A stretch of 64,000 nt of DNA from positions 448,001 to 512,000 of the forward strand of contig CBDCZH010000015.1 in the NCBI GenBank assembly GCA_965224485.1. Reading direction: 5' to 3'. The notes beneath the pieces are model-generated. The model made no database searches, was not told the origin of the DNA, and saw nothing but the letters and a program-made list of their open reading frames with translations. This stretch comes from Arcobacteraceae bacterium. GTDB taxonomy: Bacteria; Campylobacterota; Campylobacteria; Campylobacterales; Arcobacteraceae. Shown one piece after another: positions 34,683-44,590 of the stretch. Position 1 is the first letter of the stretch, and every line of letters begins with the position of its first letter. A program made the position numbers and the translations under genes.

Positions 34683-35561
34683 TTATTTAACTTTTACAGT
34701 TATCTCAAGTGTTTTATGCTGGGATAAGTGTTTTAATAATTGTGCTAAATCATCAGCATTATTTACATTAATATTTATAGGGCTATTAGATGTTGAAGAA
34801 AGAGCACTGTCATTACTATTTGTACTTGTAAGCGAATTAACATCTAAACTTAAAGCACTTAACATATCACTTTCATTTAAATCATCTATATTCATCTCTT
34901 CTCCTCTTATGTTTAATTCACTTATATTATTTGTTATATGCATATTATCATCTTTTTCATCAAGTTCTAATAAGATGTTTTCAAGTTTATTTTCTTTTTT
35001 CTCACTAAAATCAGGACTTTCTTCTTCATTAAAATCAAAACTTTCATCTTCAAGGGAAGGCGATTTAGAAAGTAGTGAGCTTAAATCATCATCTAATTCA
35101 AGATAATTTTCATCTTCTTCATCAATTTTTATTTCATCTTCATTATAAGCTTCTTCAACAATATTGATAATTGAGCTTTGAATTTCATCTCTTTCTTCAA
35201 AGTCATCAATAGTTTCTTCACTTTTTTCTTCAAATTTTGATATTAAATATTTTTTTAAACCATCTAAAGAGTCGACATTTAAATCGCCAATTCCATTCTC
35301 TTTTAAAAATTCTTTATTTATTGCATCTTTTGGTTTTAAAAATTTAAGATTTTTATTTAGTAGATTATTTGTATATATTTTGGCTTCATCAATTAAAAAT
35401 ATATCATCAGGAGTATTTAAAATTGTTTCTTTTAATTCATTTAAGGTTTTAAGTTCATAAATTGCATCATCATCGCTCATTCTAAATTTTAAATTAGAGC
35501 GTTTTATCAATTCATTAATTTCTTTTTTAAAGTCTTTATTTCCATATATGTAAATATTCAA
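34683..35561 (-). CDS. highly acidic hypothetical protein heading the fliQ operon
   Basis: TTG start; D/E-rich centre; C-terminal LEITVKVK. Confidence 0.7.
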   Translation of the reverse strand: MNIYIYGNKDFKKEINELIKRSNLKFRMSDDDAIYELKTLNELKETILNTPDDIFLIDEAKIYTNNLLNKNLKFLKPKDAINKEFLKENGIGDLNVDSLDGLKKYLISKFEEKSEETIDDFEERDEIQSSIINIVEEAYNEDEIKIDEEDENYLELDDDLSSLLSKSPSLEDESFDFNEEESPDFSEKKENKLENILLELDEKDDNMHITNNISELNIRGEEMNIDDLNESDMLSALSLDVNSLTSTNSNDSALSSTSNSPININVNNADDLAQLLKHLSQHKTLEITVKVK

Positions 35562-35631
35562 AGAATTCCCTAAATCAAATTTACACGATTATAACTTCTT
35601 TTTATAAAATTTTAGATAAAATATTTTAAAC

Positions 35632-36699
35632 ATGAAGAAAAGGTCTATATTGAGGGTTATACTACTATTATTTATTTTTCTTACTAGTATTTGGGCACAA
35701 AAAATTAAAGATATTTCAAACGTGGTTGGAATAAGAGACAATCAACTAATTGGTTATGGTTTGGTTGTTGGTCTTGCAGGTACGGGTGATAAGTCAAAAT
35801 TTACAATGCAGAGTTTACAAAACTTACTTAGAAATTCATATATAAAAATACCAAGTTCTTCAATTTCTTCAAAGAATATTGCAGCTGTTATGGTAACAGC
35901 AAAATTACCTCCTTTTTCAAAACAAGGGGATAAAGTTAGAATTAAAGTTTCTGCTATTGGAGATTCTAAATCTATTGATAATGGAGAATTATTAATAACC
36001 CAGTTAAAGGGTGTTGATGGTAAAGTTTATGCTCTTGGTCAAGGTAGTATTATTGCAAATAATATAAACCTTACAACAGGCTATATTTATGAAGGGGCTA
36101 CAATTGAAAAAGAAGTTGATTATTCTTTAAAAAACGAAAAATCAATTACTCTCTCACTTTTTAGGAATTCTGCAACACATGCAGATATTATAGAAACAAA
36201 AATAAATAAAAAATTTGGTAAAAATCTTGCTACTGCTGTTGATACAAGAACAATTGATGTAAAGAAACCAGATTCTATTTCAATAGTTAAGTTTATTGCC
36301 ATAATTGAAAATATCAACTTAGATACAAGTTTTAAAAAGAAAATTATAATTGATATTAATAAAGAAATGATAATTGCAGGAGCAAATATAATAATTGATC
36401 CTGTAACCGTTTCAAGAAATAACTTCACTATTAGAATAAAACAAATGCCTATGAGCAAAAAACTTTGGAAAGATGAATTACAAAATAAAGGTTTAGATAT
36501 AGGGGATGAAGTAAAAATTGCTGATAAAGCGGTGGTTGAGATTGATAATGCAATGATAAATACAAGATCGCTTCCTACTATTTCAGATTTAGTTAGAGCT
36601 ATGAAAGTTATGAAACTTCCAATTTCTGATATAATAGAAACCATTAAAATGATCAAAGACTTAGGTGCAATTGATGTTGATATAGAGATAAGAGGATAA
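35632..36699 (+). CDS. flgI: flagellar P-ring protein
   Basis: GIRDNQLIGYGLVVGLAGTGD, NIAAVMVTAKLPPF. Confidence 0.96.
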   Translation: MKKRSILRVILLLFIFLTSIWAQKIKDISNVVGIRDNQLIGYGLVVGLAGTGDKSKFTMQSLQNLLRNSYIKIPSSSISSKNIAAVMVTAKLPPFSKQGDKVRIKVSAIGDSKSIDNGELLITQLKGVDGKVYALGQGSIIANNINLTTGYIYEGATIEKEVDYSLKNEKSITLSLFRNSATHADIIETKINKKFGKNLATAVDTRTIDVKKPDSISIVKFIAIIENINLDTSFKKKIIIDINKEMIIAGANIIIDPVTVSRNNFTIRIKQMPMSKKLWKDELQNKGLDIGDEVKIADKAVVEIDNAMINTRSLPTISDLVRAMKVMKLPISDIIETIKMIKDLGAIDVDIEIRG

Positions 36700-36700
36700 A

Positions 36701-37798
36701 ATGGCAGAATTTTTAAGTCAAGATGAGATTGATGCACTATTAGACATTGCTGAACAAGGTGATGATATTGATATTCCTGATGATGAACAGATAATATCAA
36801 AAGAAAAAAACTACTCGATTTATGATTTTAAAAAACCAAATAGAATTTCAAATGAACAATTTAAGGCTTTCCAAACCTTACATGATAAAATGCTAAGAGA
36901 TTTAATTACAGACCTCTCAGCAATGTTACGTAAAATTGTAGATATTAAACTATACTCTATTGAGCAAATGACTTATGGGGAGTTTATACTTTCAATTCCT
37001 CAATTAACTTCTTTAAATACCTTATCAATAAAACCTCTTGAAGGAAGAATAGTAATTGAGTGTAATCCTGCTATTTCACATAAAATTATTGCTGAACTTT
37101 TAGGTTCTGGAGCAGTTGCAGCTAGTGATAACTTAGATAGAGAATTAACTGAAATTGAAGTTGAGATTTTTGATCACTTCTATCAAATGTTAGTAGAACA
37201 TATGTTTAAAGCTTGGGATGAAATTTCAACACTAAATTTTAAAATTGTTTCAAGAGATACAAATGCAAATGCAATTCAAATTATTTCTGATCATGAAATT
37301 GTTCTTTTAGTTGTTTTAGAAATAACAATTGATGAAGAATCTGGTTTCTTATCTATTTGTTATCCAATTTCATATATTGAAACTTTATTAACAAAAATAG
37401 TTGAAAAAATGTTTGCAGAAAGTAAGAATAAAAAAGTAACTAGAAAAAAAGATATCACAACATTATTATCAGGTGCAAGAATGTATATTGATGCAATCAT
37501 GGCTGAAACTGAGCTTAGTGTGGCTGAAATTCTAGATTTAAAGCTAGATGATATTATTGTTTTTAACAAAAATGCAACTTCATCTTCTTCTAAAATATAT
37601 ATTAATAATAAAGAGAAATTCTTAGGAGTTTCTGGACTTTCTAACAATAGAAAAGCTATTCAAATACAAGCTAACTTAGATCATGAAAAAATGGAAACAT
37701 TAGAAAACTTAAGACTTATGAGAGAAGATAGAGATAATAAATCAAAAGTAGCTAGTGATTCTATTAAAAAATTATTAAGCGAGAAAGATACGTTTTAA
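36701..37798 (+). CDS. fliM: flagellar motor switch protein
   Basis: LSQDEIDALL CheY-binding motif, YDFKKPNR, RELTEIE, C-terminal SpoA domain. Confidence 0.96.
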   Translation: MAEFLSQDEIDALLDIAEQGDDIDIPDDEQIISKEKNYSIYDFKKPNRISNEQFKAFQTLHDKMLRDLITDLSAMLRKIVDIKLYSIEQMTYGEFILSIPQLTSLNTLSIKPLEGRIVIECNPAISHKIIAELLGSGAVAASDNLDRELTEIEVEIFDHFYQMLVEHMFKAWDEISTLNFKIVSRDTNANAIQIISDHEIVLLVVLEITIDEESGFLSICYPISYIETLLTKIVEKMFAESKNKKVTRKKDITTLLSGARMYIDAIMAETELSVAEILDLKLDDIIVFNKNATSSSSKIYINNKEKFLGVSGLSNNRKAIQIQANLDHEKMETLENLRLMREDRDNKSKVASDSIKKLLSEKDTF

Positions 37799-37810
37799 AA
37801 CGTACCTTTT
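37785..37810. terminator. probable terminator between convergent fliM and pyrC
   Basis: aaagatacgttttaaaacgtacctttt imperfect hairpin. Confidence 0.45.
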
Positions 37811-38835
37811 TTAATTTATTTCTTTTATACTCCAAGATATAGTCTCATTTGCATACATCGGAACTACATTTTCATTTAAGTATTCATATGATGCAGGTAC
37901 ACAATAATCTTCTTTAACTAAGATTACTTTTTTACTACAGGCATTAAAATTATAAATTCTTTGAGCATTTAAACTTACAAATTTTTCTAAATTATGCAAA
38001 ACATTGTTTTTCTCAAAAAGTTGCGCTAATACTTGTAAGGCTATTGGTGAAGTAAAAACACCAGCAGCACAGCCACAGCACTCTTTTTTATGCTTAGGAT
38101 GGGGAGCTGAATCTGAACCAAACATTACTCTAGAATGAGCATTTAGAGCTAAATTTAGTAAAGCAGCTTTATCTTCTGGTCTTTTAGCAATTGGTTTACA
38201 AAATAGATGGGGTTGCATCATGCCGCCTACTACATCATCTAAAGTTATAAGCAAATGATGTAGTGTGATTGTTGCATGAAGGTTTTCATACCTTTCAAGT
38301 AAGAGAGCTGCTGCTTTAGTTGTAATATGCTCCATAATTATTGTTAATTTTGGAAATGCTTTTGCAATAGCTTCATATATTGGCATAAACTCAGCCTCCC
38401 TATCCATTACAAAACCTTTTGTCTCACCATGAATACATAAAGGAATTCCTAAGGTGCTCATAGATTCAAGAGTTGGTCTTAGAACTTCCACATCCATAGA
38501 AGAAACTCCTGTTTGTGAATTCGTAGTAATTCCAGCAGGATAAAGCTTAATTCCAATAATTTCATCTTTAATATCTTCTAAAAATTCATAAGTATAATCA
38601 TTTTTAAAAAATAGAGTTACAAAAGGTTCAAAATTTTCATATTTTTTTGCTTCGTTAATTCTTTTTTTATAAGATATTAGTGCCTCTTTTGTAGTAATTG
38701 GAGGAACTAGATTTGGCATAATTAAAGCTCCTGCAAAAGTTTTTGCACTTAAGGGAGCTACTAGTTTTAACATATCCTCATCACGTAAATGAAGATGCAT
38801 ATCTAAAGGAGAGTTAAGAGTTAGTTCTTTACTCA

Positions 38836-38836
<1 letters not shown>
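37811..38836 (-). CDS. pyrC: dihydroorotase (type II)
   Basis: DMHLHLRD, MPNLVPP, KLYPAGITTNS, MEHITT, GSDSAPH; GTG start overlaps PII stop. Confidence 0.96.
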
Positions 38837-39234
<398 letters not shown>

Positions 39235-39271
39235 TTATAAATATCGTTATACTCTCTTTTTTTTATACATT

Positions 39272-40459
39272 CTAAAACGCGCGTTTGAACTCAGGATAAG
39301 CTTCTAATCCACACTCTTCTACATCTAAACCTTGCAGTTCTTCATCATTATGTGCTCTTAAAGGCATAAATTTATTAATACAATATAAAATAATATAGGA
39401 ACTAGTAAATGCAAAAACTGCAATTAAACAAACACCTTTTAACTGTCCTAAAAAACTTATATCACTTCCGTTTGAAGCAAAAATTCCAACTGCTAAAGTA
39501 CCCCAAATACCGTTTAATAAGTGAACTGACAAGGCTCCAACAGGATCATCAAGTTTTAATTTATCAAAAAAACTTACTCCAAAAACAACAATAGCTCCAC
39601 CAATTGCTCCTATTAAAATTGGAGTATAAATACCATATAAATTAGCTCCAGCGGTAATAGAGACTAAGCCACCTAAAGCACCATTTAAAACCATAGTAAT
39701 ATCAAGTTTTTTATATTTAAAATACATAAAAGCACCAACGCAAATTGCACCTGCTAAACCCGCTGTATTTGTATTTAGTATGGTTAAAGCAACAGCATCA
39801 ACACTTTCTTTTGAAGAAATACTTCCAATACTTCCTCCATTAAATCCAAACCAACCAATCCATAATAAAAATGCACCTAAGGTAACTAAGGGAATATTTG
39901 AAGCTGGAATTACTCTAATTCCACCTGTTTTAGGATATCTTCCTCTTCTTGCACCAATTATTAAAATTGCTGCTAATAAGGCCCACCCTCCTGTTGAGTG
40001 AATAACAGTAGAACCAGCTAAATCATACATATTTAAATCTAAAATAGTATCTTTTAAAATATTCATACCCCAGGTAATATTTACAATAAAAGGATAAATA
40101 AATGAAGCCATGATAATAGTAAACAAAGCAAGAGGCATTACTTTAGCTCGCTCTGAAACACCACCACTCATTATATTTATTACTTTTCCAACAAAAGCCA
40201 TTTGAAACAAAAAGACAGCATATTTACTCATACTCTCACTTCCTAAAGGACCAAATGCAATGGTATACCCAATAAGTAAAAAACTCAAAGAGGCTAAGGC
40301 ATAAATCATTGTATTTATCATTAAAACTGAAGATACATTTTTTGTTCGTACAATTCCAGCTTCTAACATCGCAAAACCAGGAACCATGAAAATAATTAAA
40401 GTCATAGAAAAAATTGCAAAAAAAGTATCTAAGATATAAGGTATTGAGTTTAAGTCCAT
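39272..40459 (-). CDS. amtB: ammonium transporter, divergent paralog
   Basis: DLAGSTVIH, WFGFNGGS, DDPVGALSVH. Confidence 0.93.
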   Translation of the reverse strand: MDLNSIPYILDTFFAIFSMTLIIFMVPGFAMLEAGIVRTKNVSSVLMINTMIYALASLSFLLIGYTIAFGPLGSESMSKYAVFLFQMAFVGKVINIMSGGVSERAKVMPLALFTIIMASFIYPFIVNITWGMNILKDTILDLNMYDLAGSTVIHSTGGWALLAAILIIGARRGRYPKTGGIRVIPASNIPLVTLGAFLLWIGWFGFNGGSIGSISSKESVDAVALTILNTNTAGLAGAICVGAFMYFKYKKLDITMVLNGALGGLVSITAGANLYGIYTPILIGAIGGAIVVFGVSFFDKLKLDDPVGALSVHLLNGIWGTLAVGIFASNGSDISFLGQLKGVCLIAVFAFTSSYIILYCINKFMPLRAHNDEELQGLDVEECGLEAYPEFKRAF

Positions 40460-40514
40460 AAGAGTCCTTTAAAATAGTAAAAAAGTATATACTAAATCAA
40501 AGTTTTTTAAGAAA

Positions 40515-40543
40515 AGAAGATGTATAGAAAGTATACATCTTCT
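40515..40543. promoter_or_regulatory. TGTAT-N7-ATACA box (40521-40537) inside a 12-bp hairpin, possible terminator of amtB-glnK
   Basis: AGAAGATGTATA-GAAAG-TATACATCTTCT; minus-strand TATACT at 40484-40489, 31 nt from box. Confidence 0.65.
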
Positions 40544-40588
40544 AGCCTTTGTTTATTTATTTAAGTTTTTTGTGATACTTAAGCTTGC

Positions 40589-40930
<342 letters not shown>

Positions 40931-40936
40931 TTACTC

Positions 40937-42151
40937 CTATGCTCTTTTAAATTCTGGATAACACTCTAGTCCAGTTTCATGAATATCTAAACCTTCAATC
41001 TCAACTTCTTGTGATACTCTAAGTCCAACAAGTAAGTCTAAAACTTTCCATACTATATAAGAAGAGGTAAATACAAAAGCGCCAACTATAACAATACCTT
41101 TAGCCTGTGCCCAAATTGTAACTTCAGGATTAAAAATTCCAACAGCTAATGTTCCCCAAATGCCAGCAACTAAATGCACAGATAAAGCTCCAACGGGATC
41201 ATCAATTTTTAACTTATCCCATAAAGGAACACTTAATACTACTAAAGCTCCACCTACAAGGCCTTCAACAAAAGAAACTAACATTCCTAAATCAGGACCA
41301 GCGGTTACTGAAACTAAACCAGCTAATGCACCATTTAAAACAAAAGTTAAATCAACTTTTTTATATATTATTTGCGTTAAAACAGCTGCCATAATTGCAC
41401 CAGCACAAGCTGCCATATTAGTATCAGCAATTACTAAAGCAATTGCATCTATATCTGCCTTAGAACCCATTGCTAATTGTGAACCGCCATTAAATCCAAA
41501 CCAACCCATCCATAAAATAAATGTTCCAAGAGTTGCTAAAGTAAGATTTGAACCAGGAATTGGTCTAACTTGTCCATTTTTACCATATTTCCCATATCTA
41601 CTTCCAAGTACTAAAACACCTGCTAATGCTGCCCAACCACCAACACTGTGAACAATAGTAGAACCTGCAAAGTCAGAAAAACCTTCAATAATTCCACCTA
41701 AATTACTTCCACCCCAAGTCCAATGACCAGCAATTGGATAAATAAAACCTGATAAAGCAATAACAAATATTAAAAATGGCCATAATTTCATTCTCTCAGC
41801 AATAGTTCCTGATATAACAGAAGCAGCTGTTGCTACAAATACAACTTGAAAGAAAAAATCAGCCATTACTGGATATCCCATTTCTTCATTTGTTTTTCCA
41901 CTTAACATAGAACCACTTCCTATAAAAGCATTTCCATCACCATACATAAAGTTATAACCTATAAAATAAAACATAATACAAGAAATAGCAAATAAAGCCA
42001 TATTTTTTGTTAATACAGTTGCATTGTTTTTACTTCTAGTTAACCCAGCTTCAAGCATTGCAAAACCTGCAGCCATCCACATTACTAAAATTCCTGCAAA
42101 AATAAGAAGGAATCCATCTAAGATATATTTTACATCAGCAAAATTTTCCAT
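40937..42151 (-). CDS. amtB: ammonium transporter
   Basis: FFQVVF, GHWTWGG, DFAGSTIVH, WFGFNGGS, DDPVGALSVH. Confidence 0.96.
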   Translation of the reverse strand: MENFADVKYILDGFLLIFAGILVMWMAAGFAMLEAGLTRSKNNATVLTKNMALFAISCIMFYFIGYNFMYGDGNAFIGSGSMLSGKTNEEMGYPVMADFFFQVVFVATAASVISGTIAERMKLWPFLIFVIALSGFIYPIAGHWTWGGSNLGGIIEGFSDFAGSTIVHSVGGWAALAGVLVLGSRYGKYGKNGQVRPIPGSNLTLATLGTFILWMGWFGFNGGSQLAMGSKADIDAIALVIADTNMAACAGAIMAAVLTQIIYKKVDLTFVLNGALAGLVSVTAGPDLGMLVSFVEGLVGGALVVLSVPLWDKLKIDDPVGALSVHLVAGIWGTLAVGIFNPEVTIWAQAKGIVIVGAFVFTSSYIVWKVLDLLVGLRVSQEVEIEGLDIHETGLECYPEFKRA

Positions 42152-42217
42152 TTTAATCCTTTAAAAATTAATATAGAAAAGTATAAGATAAAAAATAAAC
42201 ATATGATATATGTATAT

Positions 42218-42234
42218 TGTATATTTAATATACA
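42218..42234. promoter_or_regulatory. TGTAT-N7-ATACA box at amtB-glnK promoter
   Basis: TGTATATTTAATATACA; minus-strand TATACT at 42180-42185, 32 nt away. Confidence 0.75.
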
Positions 42235-42289
42235 GATAAACACTCATTTTATTTTTTCTAATCATATAATGTACTTATAAAGGATATTT

Positions 42290-43168
42290 ATGGAAGAGTT
42301 TTTACTTATTTATACTAAAAATAAAGTAACAATTGAGAATTTCATTCAAGAAAGTATTTCAAATATTTCACAATTAACAAAACACGAAAAATCAAAATTT
42401 AAAACCTTATTTAATATATTTCCTTCTTTAGAGTTAATATATATAATACATACAGAGTCTAAAGTACAGGTTTCTCCTAATTATCACAGATATTCACAAG
42501 ATAATAAACAAAAAAACATTTGTAGAGAATATTTATTTAAAAAGCTTTATTTTAAAGAAAATAATTTTGCTTTTTCTAATATTTATATTAGTAGTGCTAC
42601 TAAAAATAATTGTCTTACTGTATCAATCAAAGAGGGAGATAAAATTATATTTTTAGATTTTAAGTTAGAATCACTCTTAGAGAGATTGCATTTAATTGAA
42701 CTTAATAAACCTTTTCATACCTTAACAAAAACTTTTTATGTATTATCAGGTTTTTCTATGGTTTTATTATCATTATCTATAGTAATTTATTCTCTTGTAT
42801 CTTTTTTTAATTCTTTGCTAATATCAAATAGTTTTAATTTAGATTCTATTTTTAAACCAGTAATTGCCTTAACCTTGGGTATTGCAATATTTGATTTAGC
42901 AAAAACTATTCTAGAACAAGAAGTCTTTTTTAAATCTTATTCAAGAAACTCAAGAGTTGAAACAAAAATGATTACAAAATTCTTAATTACAATTATTATA
43001 GCATTATCAATTGAAGCTCTAATGGTAGTATTTAAAATTGTAATGGAGGATTATGACAAAATGATTAATGCCTTTTATTTAATTTCAGCCATATCTTTTA
43101 TTATTATAGCTTTATCAATTTTTATATACTTAACTTCCAAAAACGATAAACAGCAAAAGATTCACTAA
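42290..43168 (+). CDS. PDC/Cache-like sensor domain fused to 4-TM PsiE-like membrane domain
   Basis: SNIYISSATKNNCLTVS Cache-like strand; C-terminal hydrophobic helices with FDLAKTILEQEV and IALSIEAL. Confidence 0.65.
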   Translation: MEEFLLIYTKNKVTIENFIQESISNISQLTKHEKSKFKTLFNIFPSLELIYIIHTESKVQVSPNYHRYSQDNKQKNICREYLFKKLYFKENNFAFSNIYISSATKNNCLTVSIKEGDKIIFLDFKLESLLERLHLIELNKPFHTLTKTFYVLSGFSMVLLSLSIVIYSLVSFFNSLLISNSFNLDSIFKPVIALTLGIAIFDLAKTILEQEVFFKSYSRNSRVETKMITKFLITIIIALSIEALMVVFKIVMEDYDKMINAFYLISAISFIIIALSIFIYLTSKNDKQQKIH

Positions 43169-43188
43169 TTAAAAATTTAAAAGCATAT

Positions 43189-43229
43189 TGTATATTTTAT
43201 ATACAGATTAGTTATATATTTTATATACA
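43189..43229. promoter_or_regulatory. tandem TGTAT-N7-ATACA boxes at nitrate transporter promoter
   Basis: TGTATATTTTATATACA (43189-43205) and TATATATTTTATATACA (43213-43229); TATACT at 43238-43243. Confidence 0.75.
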
Positions 43230-43270
43230 ATATATCTTATACTTTTTCATCTTAATAAAAAAGGAAGAAG

Positions 43271-44551
43271 ATGGCAGGTTTAAAAGATTTAAAAGGGCAA
43301 GGTCATACACCCACACTATTTATGGCTTTTTTGTACTTTGATATGAGTTTTATGGTATGGACTATGTTAGGTCCATTAAGTACAGAAATTTCTGAAGTTT
43401 TAGCCTTAAGTGGTCATATAATGACAGCTTCACAAAAAGCTACTTTACTCTCACTCCCAATACTCTCAGGTGCAATTTTAAGAATAGTTCTTGGTTTTGG
43501 TGTTGATAAGATAGGAGCTAAAAGAACTGCTCTTATTTCACAAGTAATAGTAATTTTTGCCTTACTTGGCACTTACTTACAAGCAGATTCAATTACTTAT
43601 AACCAACTATTAATTGTTGCACTTGGACTTGGTTTTGCAGGAGCTTCTTTTGCAGTAGCCCTTCCTCAAGCAGGACAATGGTATCCACCAAAACTTCAAG
43701 GAGTTGTTTTAGGAATTGCTGGAGCTGGAAATATTGGTGTTGTAATTGATTTTCTTTTTGCACCTAAAATTGCAGAATTGTGGGGATGGGAAGCTGTTTT
43801 TGGTATAGGAGCACTTATGTCAACTTTGGTATTTATCTCTTATACTTTTTTAGCAAAAGATGCACCTAAATCTATTTACAAATCAAATCCTAAAAAATTA
43901 AAAGATTATGTAAAATTATTAAAAGATAAAGATACCTGGTGGTTTTGTTTATTTTATGCTGTTTCTTTTGGTGGCTTTGTTGGTTTTGCAGGATATATGA
44001 AAGTTTATTTAATGAATACTTATAGTGTAGATATGTCTTCTTTTGGAATACAAACTTTAGATGAATCAAATGTAAAAGTAATTGCAGGTTATTTTGGAGC
44101 CTTATGTATTTTTGCAGGAGCAGTATTAAGACCAGTTGGAGGGACTATTGCTGATAAAATTGGTGGAGTTAAATCTTTATACTTTTTTTATTCCCTTGTA
44201 GCACTTTTAGCTATTATAAATGCAACAATAGTTTTACCATTTTATCTAGCTATTATAGTTTTATTTTTAATCATGGCAAATTTAGGAATGGCAAATGGAG
44301 CTGTTTTCCAACTTGTTCCACAAAGATTTGGAAAAGACATTGGTATTATGACTGGACTTATTGGATGTGCTGGAGGACTTGGAGGAACAGCTTTAATCAA
44401 AACCTTAGGTTGGTCAAAAGGAATATTTGATGGTTATTCTGCTGGATTTTTAATATTTGCACTTGTTGTTGTTATAGCAATTTTTGGTATTTCCTTAGTT
44501 AAAACAAGATGGAGAACTACTTGGGGAGTTGCAGCTGGTGGTAGAATTTAA
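43271..44551 (+). CDS. NarK/NasA-family MFS nitrate/nitrite transporter
   Basis: GFAGASFAV, GIAGAGNIG, YAVSFGGF, RPVGGTIADK, GMANGAVFQLVP nitrate signatures. Confidence 0.94.
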   Translation: MAGLKDLKGQGHTPTLFMAFLYFDMSFMVWTMLGPLSTEISEVLALSGHIMTASQKATLLSLPILSGAILRIVLGFGVDKIGAKRTALISQVIVIFALLGTYLQADSITYNQLLIVALGLGFAGASFAVALPQAGQWYPPKLQGVVLGIAGAGNIGVVIDFLFAPKIAELWGWEAVFGIGALMSTLVFISYTFLAKDAPKSIYKSNPKKLKDYVKLLKDKDTWWFCLFYAVSFGGFVGFAGYMKVYLMNTYSVDMSSFGIQTLDESNVKVIAGYFGALCIFAGAVLRPVGGTIADKIGGVKSLYFFYSLVALLAIINATIVLPFYLAIIVLFLIMANLGMANGAVFQLVPQRFGKDIGIMTGLIGCAGGLGGTALIKTLGWSKGIFDGYSAGFLIFALVVVIAIFGISLVKTRWRTTWGVAAGGRI

Positions 44552-44590
44552 ATTATATATTTTATCTACTTTAATAAATAAAGGCTAATT

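Noticed and set aside
36120..36800. 226-aa antisense ORF over flgI, plus other antisense ORFs (e.g. 24977-25441, 41160-41651, 51281-51739)
   Set aside because: Shadows of well-supported genes, no motifs or RBS
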